Below, one piece after another: positions 10,701-22,000 of a DNA stretch of 64,000 bases (positions are counted from its first letter, which is position 1; every line of letters starts with the position of its first letter). The DNA is from Diadema antillarum (taxonomy: Eukaryota): positions 186,001 to 250,000 of the forward strand of contig NW_027272677.1 of the NCBI RefSeq assembly GCF_040938485.1. Direction: 5' to 3'. The position numbers and the translations under genes were made by a program. The notes below the pieces were generated by a model, which saw only the letters and a program-made list of their open reading frames with translations, was not told the origin of the DNA and did no database searches.

Positions 10701-13700
10701 TTATGACAGGAATACACTGTAGTATACTTAACCAATCCCGCTAGTTGGATTTACAGTGCTACTGTGTGCAGCCACTTTGTGTATAATATTATGTACGCCA
10801 GTGTGTCAAACATGTATTGTTTCTGTACAGACCTGATAAAGGTCTAAAAAGACTGAAAGCTTGACAACAAGCTATACGTTCGACCATGCACACATAAATG
10901 TATATTCATGATCTGTCATGCTTTGACACTGAAACAAGCAGTGAATAGAATACAGGAATGGTCAAAGAGGCGCTGATAATCATGATGACGCATTAAATGA
11001 TCACAGCAATCATGTCAAATTAATGATAACTATAGCATATAGGGCATCGCCATTATCACCACAGGAGTATTGGCTGGTATCTCACCTTCCTCGTTGACAA
11101 TGAAAACGTCTTCGACCTCAGTACCACCGAGACCCTCGCTCTCGAGCGAGATGAGGAGAGACCTGATCTCGCTTCGCCGCTCCTCAGGCTCAACGGGCTG
11201 GGAGAAGCCAATGCTTGTCAGGACAGACACACCACCGCCGTCAGCAACACTANNNNNNNNNNNNNNNNNNNNNNNNNNNNNNNNNNNNNNNNNNNNNNNN
11301 NNNNNNNNNNNNNNNNNNNNNNNNNNNNNNNNNNNNNNNNNNNNNNNNNNNNNNNNNNNNNNNNNNNNNNNNNNNNNNNNNNNNNNNAGAGAATACAATA
11401 TACAAAACAATACAATACAATCAGATCATTTATGTATCATAGCGCTCTTACACAATCAATGACTGGTTTCACAGCACTTTACAACAAAATTCATTCACAG
11501 ATTGGCATCAAAAAGAAAAGTCTTAAGAATCTTCTAGAAGACATCAAGGGATTGGGAAATGCGGACGAACCGAGGTAGATCGTTCCACAATCGCGATTGT
11601 CCCCCGATCTACTGTTGGTTTTGAGTACATGGGAGCACACAGTTATTTCTTTTCTTTTACATAATTGCACTATATACAAGATTGCAATCTTTGCATTTTC
11701 AATACACTCATATCTAATTTTTGCAAGGGAATCGAAAGCTAAATACACTACCCATAGAAACTGTGTTATGAATGGTGCATACGTTCCCAAGCGCCATTGT
11801 GGAACATAAATACTTCAAATAAATACCCACCTTTTTCATAATTATTTACAGAGGTCACATCACAAATACTATACATGTACTATGCGACACAAAGAATTGT
11901 CAAATTTACAAACGGAACACAGTACCATTACGTCGTCAGTTTACAAAACATTATTATAACGTTAAGTCATCAGCAGTACATCATACTTGCTAACTTGTAC
12001 TGCATCCTATTACGTGTGTATCACTGTATGTTGTATGTTCGATTCTGGACTGAGAGTAGCACGGAGTACTATAATCATAATCATTCCTATCCCATAAGCT
12101 ACAATATTTCACGCTACACAACCATACTATATAATCAACTTTGTTGAATCGTTGATGGTGTTTCCTTTTCCTTCGTTGTTGTCCTCGATATAAATAGTAA
12201 TACAGGTACAAACATAATACGTTAAACAAATTCATCATTGTAGTGTCCTGCTCTGTTGTATAGCAAAGTTGATTCAAGACGTACCTTATGTTTGTGATTG
12301 TGCTGTGAAGGTAAGTACTGTCCCCTTGGAAAGCGATGTCAGCCTACATCAGATGATGGTAAGGACAATAGACCATTATTATAGCACAGCATTGAGGAAA
12401 ATCGAGAACGTCTTTTTCTTGATTTGGGGTGAATTGTTGTGACGCAGGATATATACGCGTGTACACCAAATTTGTTAATGGCGTCCATAATTATGACCAC
12501 ACATACACAGCTGCAGCCTGTATTTTTTATGTGAATTCTTTTGCTTCGTTCTCTGGGAATTACTAAAGGCAAGAAACCACTACACTTACAGTTACCCTAT
12601 ATTTAATGATCCCTTCTATACCAAGACGAAATGAAGGCACTGACATCATCTTACCATATAGGCCTACCAGTATCAAATGTCTTTAATACATTATGATCCA
12701 CGATAAGACTTTTTCCCCTCCGGCATCCCATGTTGTTGCATTAAAAAAACTATTGTACATAATGACATTTCCAAACTCCCAACAAATTGTATAGTCATGT
12801 TGTGTGTAATACAGCAATGGCGGAGTCAGGAGGGCCCCCCATTATTTATTTTTTTAAACCTTTTTTTTTTTGTAAAGAAACCATCCTTGTCAGTCAATTG
12901 AATTGCCCTTAAGCCTTTGCCCCCCCCCCCTCTTTACGGAAATCCTGGATCTGCCCCTGTACAGTGACGACGTTCTCTCACCTTTTCGTTCGTCGGCAAA
13001 GACCAAAAATATAATATTACCCTCTTGATGATCATAATTATTATACAGGCTCAGCCGCTTTGCTAGGACAATATTTTCCGACTCCTCTATGGCGTTAAGG
13101 CAAAATGCTACACAGCCATGATCGTCAAGCCACCATTAATTATGAGGATATACCTGGGTTTGCCAGATGTGACTGAATCCTTGGAATTGCACCGAGTAAG
13201 GGTCGAGAAGGCTGCTGGAGAAGGCGAAGTTTGGCAGGAGGAATTCGATTTCGAACCTGTTGGACTCTGAGGTTGACGAGAAAGAATATTCAGGAAAATG
13301 TATATGCTATATTCAACACAAATAACTAAATGCATAGGTATCACTGCAAACTTTGCAAGCATAACATACGTTTTCACAGAGCAGAGGATATCGTTTGGAA
13401 GACTAGTCACTTTTTTTAAATCCAGCTAATGATGGGAAAGTAAAGATAGATGTATGAATGTAACTTCATAATTTCATCAGCGACCAATTTGTGATTATCG
13501 TATACTGTATGATAAAGGGCGGATCCAGGAATTCCGTAAAGAGGGGCGCCTTTACAAAATTAGAGGGGGTGCATGCAACCATTTTTTCTTTCTATTTCTT
13601 TTGTTTTAACAAAAAGTAAAAGGGGGAAAACGCGCGCCCGGTGAGCTCGCCCTGGATCCGCGACTGATGATGAATACAGACTATCTAAGTAAGTTGAATG

Positions 13701-16013
13701 TGATGAACATAATCTATAGGCCTACATCTCAACATCACGGAAAGGAAATTAGATAATTACCTGAAATATCAATGACTGACACAGTGAAAATGCACGACAC
13801 TGTATTTCCTGCTTCATCCATCGCAGTGTACTGCACTTCCGTGTCGCCTAGTGGGAACAAGGATCCAGGTTGATGGTTGGTGTCGAAGGTGACGAAACCC
13901 GTGTTGTCGGTCGCTTGCGGAGCTCTCCACGACACCGCTGCTGTATCTAAGTCGCTCGCATGAACGTATCCCGAGATTTGGTCGGGGCAGTACGTGAACA
14001 CCGGTGGCTCCACATCTAAGTTAGATACACAGAATAATGATAGCATAGACTAAAGGGAAATTTCCCATATGCAATATTTGGAATCAGTGAAAGCAGAACT
14101 GTATAGTACAGATCAGCGAAGTTTGAGTAAGATAAGAGAATCCGTTCAAAGTTATTAATCTTTGTTGATTTGGTCAAATCCTGCCATCTGTGAATATGAA
14201 GATTACAATCCCTCTGTTGTCACAGCAAAGCTAAAAAGAAGTGATAACGAGAATCCAACGTATTTTTTTTCTTTCAGCACAACGAAACTGCACGTACTGG
14301 ATTTACATTTTCAGAAGCTAAGGGGAGTAATATTACCCTCATTATTATATCAGTAACAGTACAGTTAAGTTCAGTTTAGTTAAGTTCAGTTTAGTTCATT
14401 TTTAAAATATTTCTCCATCGCAATATAATCAATAACATATATATGCACTGTGTACGTGAACAGGTGGTGAAAGTAAAGAATTTCAACATATTAAGCAATC
14501 ACTACAAAAAGGTACATTATACTTTAAAAGGGGATCATACAAACTAGCATTATAGTGACAAATTAATCAGGATGGAGATGGGGGACCCACTGAAAAGCGA
14601 AGCTTGTAGATTGTGCCCCCCCCCCCCCTAGCAATATACCATGTAACAAGTCCAAGGAAGATGTACTTTTCCTTTAAAAAAATGAAATAAATTGCATTTT
14701 TTTTACCGACGATCGTGACAGAAAACGAGCATGTGGCGTAGTTGAAGGACTCGTCGTGGGCTGTGTACATGACCTCCGTGGTGCCGAGCTCAAAGCGGTA
14801 GCCCGTCGGTAAGGACGAAACGAGATTGACCATTCCACTTCTGTCGTCGATTGCCCGTGGAGCGAACCAGGTGATGGCCGCTGAGGTCAGCCCGGGGTCA
14901 GCTTCTTGGACGATATCAAGGGGGCAGTCCATGATCACCGGCGGGATGTTGTCTGAATAAAGAATGATCTTACAGTATTGACTATACAGGCAGACATCGA
15001 AATGAAAATTTATAGAATCATGTGAGATTATTGATAGAAAGATCGGTCTGTATCTTGTCGAGATATGTTCCGCGGAGACTACGTCTGGCTTCATGGAATC
15101 CCGGAGGAGAACCGTTAAAGTTTAAAAAAAATCCTCCGGCCAGACGGATTTCTTTGTCTAATGAGAAAATGGTTTCATGCTTTCAATATTTTGACATGCG
15201 AAACTATCCAACCGAATATGTAAGTTATAAAATGCTACATACTTCTGCTATAATATCAAATGAACCAGGAAATCTTCAAAGCCGTAATATCTTTTAATTA
15301 GGCCTAATCGGTATAAAAATGATTTGATCGCGGAGATGTTTGCGTGGCACACTCAACAGGCAATCATCACGTAGACCTACCTCCTATCCTCTCAAAGTAC
15401 ACGGCTCCGCTAACTGCTTGGAAATCCCCCGCCGATCTCGCCACCGTCTCGCTCAGTCGACACTCGCCCGTGGGAGTGATGTCGACCGAACGGCAGATGA
15501 ACAGCGCCTCGGCGATGCACGAGTCCAGACAGCCTTCCACAGTTGTGAAGGCGATGATTCGGGCGTCGTTGCCGATGAGGCTCTGGCCTTCGATGCGAGT
15601 AAAGAGGCTTAGGACAAAACCTGTGTGAGATAGAGAGAGGGGCGTGGGTATAGGGGAGAGGGAGCTTAGTGCTGGAAAAGGAGAAACTATCAGGGGTAGA
15701 CTACAAGAATCAAATCTATAATGGGCTTTCGGACTCAACTCTTCAGTGACTGAATCTAATGCTGGTGCCTGCATCAGAAATCCCTTAATGTTATCACATC
15801 AAGTTATATAATTACGAGTTAATAAAATTACACATTTGATTCACCACTCATCAGTCGCTCAAGTAATTTTCATGACCAAACAATGATTATGTGAAATCAA
15901 TTCCTTTATCCATCGGATATCAACTTAATCAACAAAGAAGCCAGAAAAATGTAAACTTTAAAACAACAAAGCAAACTATCTACCACACTCAAGGGGGAGT
16001 AGAAATATAAAGG

Positions 16014-16049
<36 letters not shown>

Positions 16050-19000
16050 TTGTTTCTGTAATATTGGTGCCATATTCAGTGGAAACATGTTCACTATTCT
16101 TTGCTGAGATTAGATTATATAAAAAAATGATACTTTCACAGTTTTTGCGGGGCTAACCCAGGGGCTGCAGAGAAGGGGACGGGGGCTGAACCTTTAAGTG
16201 CCCCATGACCCTTTATCCCCCCCCCCTCCCACATAAGATAAAGTTCCGCGCCCCCTGTAACCAGACTGTTAGCTCTATAGGTCCTCACCTTGCACCCCTA
16301 TAATGAAGTCACACGTCGCATTATTTCCAGCCGTGTCGTTCGCGGTGTATGTTACAGTGGTATCACCCGATAAAAATTCGTCCCCGGAATCGTGGCTGCC
16401 CACTACGCTGCTAATCTCCACATTGTCAGTGGCGAACGGACTGCTCCAAACCACCGTGGCGTTCCCGTCGGGACTGCTTGCTATGACGCTGATGTCGGTG
16501 GGGCAGATGATGACTGGCTCCTCGACATCTGATGGGAAAAAAAAGTATTTCATCGAACTAGAATATCACTCCAAAATCAGATCGTCTTTTAACTTCAAAT
16601 GTAAGTTTACCAGTTGCTTGAGATTTACTATAGGCCTAACGGGTTTCAACTTGATTTAAGATGCAAAGTAGATACAGCTGTATAGCCATTTTAGTGATAA
16701 TCATTTTACCTGCTTACCTCACCTTCCTTATCTTAAAAAAAGAAACAATCCTTAATTTCACCATACAAAAGGAACAAAACATGATTTATGGGTAGACATA
16801 GCATAACATTCACTTCACACTTACAATATTGATATGGTTTGTTGTTATAGACAACAGTGTAGAGATAGTCACCTCGTAATTTTATTGTCATTAAAGAGGA
16901 TGGCTAGTAACCGATCAGTGGGAATCAGTGGGAATGCTGAGGGATGATTGTTCCAATCCTTGAGGGATTTATTTAAGAGTACATTATATATCTACTGTTG
17001 TGTGAAAATTATTTGCTTCAGAACGGTCTCATATTCAAGTAATGTGCAGATTAATGCCCCGTCACTGACCAGGGACGCTTACCTGGAAATATTAAACTGC
17101 ACATTACTTGAATATGAGACCATTCTGAAGCAAATACTTTTCACACAAGAATAGATATATAGTGTACTCTTGAATGAATCCCACAAGGATTGGAACAATC
17201 ATCCTCCAGTATTCCCACTGATTCCCACTGATCAGTTACTAGCCATCCCCTTTAAGAGCGTCTGCCTTCCAGTCGTTAGATATAATCTTGTATTTTGTAG
17301 AGACAAATTCAATGACAAATATAAAAGATAAAAACGGAGGTAGCAAAATCTATAGTCCAGTCTGTCAATACTTGAAAATAAGTCTGATTTCATTAATTTG
17401 ATATCGACAATTCATAACAATGATTTTATTCCTGTATAGAGATCTGCTGAAAAGTCGTGCAGCGCATAGAGAAACGAAAAATGTACATTTACAAATCGTT
17501 CCAGTCTATATTAGATCAAAAGCGCAATAATAGACAAACGATTCAAATACTATAGAAATTAATGTCAGGGTAGGCCTACATTATAATAATAATAATAATT
17601 GCATTTATATGGCGCTTCATACTGACGTTTCTAAGCGCACTTTGCTACTCATACAAATAGACTAGAAAACACAATAACATTAACAAAATTAACGTTAACA
17701 GTAACAAAAGAAGAAGAAAGAAAAGAAAAGAAAAGAAAAATACATGTGATACAATGGTACAATAATTGATAACTGTGTGCGCCTCCAGAAAAAAAAAAAT
17801 TACAGCTGATTAAACAGGTGAGTTTTAAGAAGAATTTTAAATGATTCGACAGATGAGGCATTCTGAATATAAAGAGGGAGTTTATTCCAAAGAGTGGGAG
17901 CAATGGAAGAGAAGGCTCGGTCACCATAACGGGTTTTTGTACGTGGGCCATGAAGTAATTGGAGAGAGGAAGATGAACGGAGGGGTCTGGCAGAAGAGGA
18001 GGAGCGGAGAGAGACTAGGTTTTGAAGATATATGGGTGCAAGATTACGTGTGATTTTGTACGTCAGAAGTAGGATCTTGAAAGTAATACGGGAATGGACT
18101 GGAAGCCAATGGAGTGAGCGGAGAACAGGAGATATATGGTCATGTCTCCTACTAAGGGAGACTAATCTAGCGGCTGAATTTTGGATACGTTGGAGAGGGG
18201 ATATGTGAGAAAGAGGGAGGCCGGCAAGGAGGGAGTTGCAGTAGTCCAGATAGGAGGAGACGAAGGCATGGACGAGCCGCTCAGCTGATGATTGATCAAG
18301 CAGACGCCTGATCTTCCCTATTTTGAAAATACCCCATGATGCAGACTTACAAATGTTTGTGATATGGTGTTTAAGAGTTAAGTGTTTGTCCAAAGTAAAG
18401 CCAAGGTCTCTAACACAGTCAGAGACCTTAATAATCCCATCCCGAGTAGTTAGATCTGGTAGAGGAACTGTGCTCCTAAACTGTGATGAGAAATGGATGA
18501 GTTCAGACTTGTCTTCATTCAGACGGAGTCTGTTGGCAGTGGACCAGGCTTTGATGTCGTTGAGACATTCTCTCAGTGAATTAACAGCAGCAATCCTATC
18601 GCCAGGTGACATAGTTATGTAAATTTGAGTGTCGTCAGCATACATAGCGTAGTTGACTCCATGATGACAATTGATGATTCTGGTGAGTGGACCTGTATAG
18701 AGGAGAAAAAGAAGGGGGCCGGCAACGGATCCTTGCGGAACTCCGCAGCTGATAGGACTAGGACATGACCAGGTCCCATTGATTATCACCCTCTGTGTGC
18801 GATCTTGAAGATATGACTTGATCCATTGGATGGCAGTGCCTGTGATGGAATAGTCATTACTAAGTCGTTGTAGTAGCAACGTGTGGTCGAGCGTGTCAAA
18901 CGCAGCCGAATAGTCAAGAAGAAGAAGAGCAGCCTCATTGCCCTTGTCGACAGCAAGAAGGAGATCGTTGAGCACTTTCAACAAGGCAGTTTCTGTTGAG

Positions 19001-22000
19001 TGGAGGTTGCGGTATGCTGACTGGTTTGTGGGAAGCAGATGATTACTGTCAACATAAGACATTAACTGTGTAGACACAATCCTTTCAAGAAGCTTACTCA
19101 CAAATGGCAGATTGGCAATTGGTCGGTAATTCCTCAGGACATCGGGATCTAGGTTCGGTTTCTTCAACAGAGGGGAAACAAGAGATGTCTTGAAAGGTAT
19201 TGGAACTATACCCGATGACAATGATGTGTTAATGATGTTTTTTAGAACCGGAAGCAGCTCATCAAGGCACTCTTTGAGCAGCCAAGTTGGAAGAGGGTCC
19301 AGACTGCAAGATTTTGGTGGAGATAGCATGATGAGACGTCGAAGCTGTTCATCAGTGACTGGATTAAACTCGCTCAGGTTGCAGTTCAAAGAGTTCTCAG
19401 GAGCCTGGACGGATAACTCCAAATGGTTCACGTCAGATACAAAGGAAGATACAATATCATCGATTTTCTTCATGAAGAATATACTGAACCTGTGCGCCAG
19501 TTCTGAATCAGATGAGTGTTCAGGATAGATAGAAGAGTCAGAAGGGGTGGACAGTTTCTTCACGAAGTTGAATAGTCGTTTCGAGTCAGCATTGGCGATC
19601 TCTTTTCTCAGGTACTGGGACTTTGCATCAGTAATCAGACTGTAGTACAGCTCACATTCTTGACGATACAGGTCCATGTCAGTCTGCATGCCGGACTTCA
19701 ACATGCGACGTTCAGCACGACGCCGACGCCTCCTGGCCTCCCTAATCTCATCAGAGAACCAAGGGGCATTGGGTCTAATTGTCACAGTCACGGTTTTAAC
19801 AGGGGCATGCTTGTCCAACAGATTACTCAGCATGTCATTATACATTGAAATTGCTTCTGTAGGACAAGACGTACACTGGGAAGTCAACAAAGCCTGTTTA
19901 ATATCCTGGCGGAAAGAGTTGGTGTCAATATTGCGAAGCTTTCTAAAGCTTACTTTCCTTCTAGGATTTGGTGGGCCTTTAAGATTAATGGCGGAAAGAA
20001 TGGCGGAGTGATCAGATGGCAAAGATGGCAATACAGTGATATGGGAAATAATATCTTCAGATTTCCTACTAAAGACTAAATCAAGTGTGTGGCCTGCTTG
20101 GTGAGTGGCACCCTTAACATGTTGATGAAACCCAAAGGCTTCAACGGCATTGAGAAAAGACTGAGCGAAACTATCAGCAGAATCATCTACATGTATATTA
20201 AAGTCACCAAGAAGAATAGTTGGATGAGCATCAACAGCAGCACTCTCAAGGAGAGTTAAAAACTCATCAAGAAAGTCGTTGCTGGTAAAGGTGTGACGAG
20301 AGGAATGGGGTGGGCGATAAATGCAATGAACCCGAACAGTAGATGAAGAAGTGAGATGAATCGTGAAATCTAGCAGTTCAAAAGACATAAATTTGTGTGT
20401 GTCATTGACAACACAACGCGCAGCAGACCTATACAGGACGCAGATACCACCTCCTCTAGATGTCTTTCTGGGATGATTGATAATATTGAAATTTGGAAGG
20501 GATAATTTCAATTCAGCAAGGGTAGGCTCATCCCTCTGGTCACCTGAAAGCCATGACTCAGTGATGACTAACACATCAATATCATTATCTATGATCAGAG
20601 TTGACACTGCATCGACTTTATTCGTCAAGGATCTTGCGTTCCATAAACCAAATTGAGACCCACTGGAAGCATCACAAAGGGACTGTGACCTTGGAATCCT
20701 GAAGTAATCTTGAAGTAATACGCACATTTGCCCTCTGATTTGTCTTGCAGATTATTATGAACGTTTTCTGCATTCCAATAAAAGCGTCCCGAGCTGTCAA
20801 ACAAAGACCGATGATTTGATAATTTGCATCTTTTGATACTTTTAAATTAATCACCGGAGAATATCATGAAGATAAACGACCTCCTGGGGGTGTTTCATCA
20901 ACGTTTGTCAGCGCTGACAACTTGAATCACCATAGTAACAGTCAGTGACCAGAGCATTTCAGCCAATCAAAACCAAGGAATTTGCTGAAATTGTCAGTGC
21001 TGATAGTTGTCAGCGCTGGCAAACGATGAAACACCCCAGATTGCAATAGACATGCGTCATGTCCACCAGATATCCAGTAATGGTTCTGATTCATTATAGC
21101 AGAGGGACCTGCGTATTTCATTCAAATTAATGTTTCTTGCGCCATCGTGGCTACTACTAAAACATGGGTTACTGTAATCGGTATTCATTTAGGTTGATGA
21201 AGGGCACTTTTTTTGGGTTAGTCAGTTGCGATAAACTACCAACTGTACAACAGAGACGACGATGAACATAATAGTGTTATATCTCCAGGTCGTCGTTGTT
21301 TCTAGTCGTTGTGTTTATTTGTTTTATCGTAAGGCATGCTAAAAGAGCTGTTACCAAACACCGTGACATTAAAGCTGCAGATGTCCTCCGATCCCGTTGG
21401 ATCTAGCAAGCGATAGGTGACGATGGTGGTTCCGATATCTAGTGGCGCTCCGGGAGTATTGCTCACGGTCTCTGTCCACTCCAATTTACGATCGATGACC
21501 GTAGGGGGCGTCCAGTAGGCGATTCCCGTGGCCAGACCTGGCGAATTGCTGGCGTTAACGTTGTCCGGACAACCAGTGTAAGCTCCCACTGCATGGGATA
21601 AGACATGAAGCAAAGTGATGCGAATGAGCTTTCATGTTTGTTTGTTTTTTGTAAGAAGAATTATGTTTACAGAAATGTTGCAGTAGCGAAAATCTAGATA
21701 TCTAGTTCGTCATGACAAAGATAAGTGAGTGTCAGTTTAATTTCGGTATAATCTTGGATTCATAAATAGCTTAGAGACTGTCTGCTACCAATGGTGTCGA
21801 AAACTTGCCCGCCATCATAAACGCGTTATATGTCTTACCAAGGATTGTTACGTTAAACTCGCAGAAGTCGGTATTATTATAGGAGTCTGTCGCTGTGTAC
21901 ACCACTGGCGTAGTTCCGCAGGGTAAAAGGTCTGTCCCCGGTTGTCGCGTTGAGCTCAGTGCAGGCGTACCAAAGTTATCCTCGGCCACGGGAATGGTCC

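Noticed and set aside
13108-13410. ORF-track translation (PQSPTGSKSNSS...) as a Ser/Thr-rich mucin exon
   Set aside because: Splice phase requires a different frame, which gives a SEA-like sequence.
15621-15774. N-terminal extension of the PAN ORF as a separate gene start
   Set aside because: It is a pyrimidine-rich intron end leading to a good phase-1 acceptor at 15620; no signal peptide.
15906-16094. PolyQ protein
   Set aside because: Translation of a (TTG)n microsatellite in an intron.
17841-20011. Several plus-strand ORFs (62-112 aa) within the LINE
   Set aside because: Antisense shadows of ORF2.
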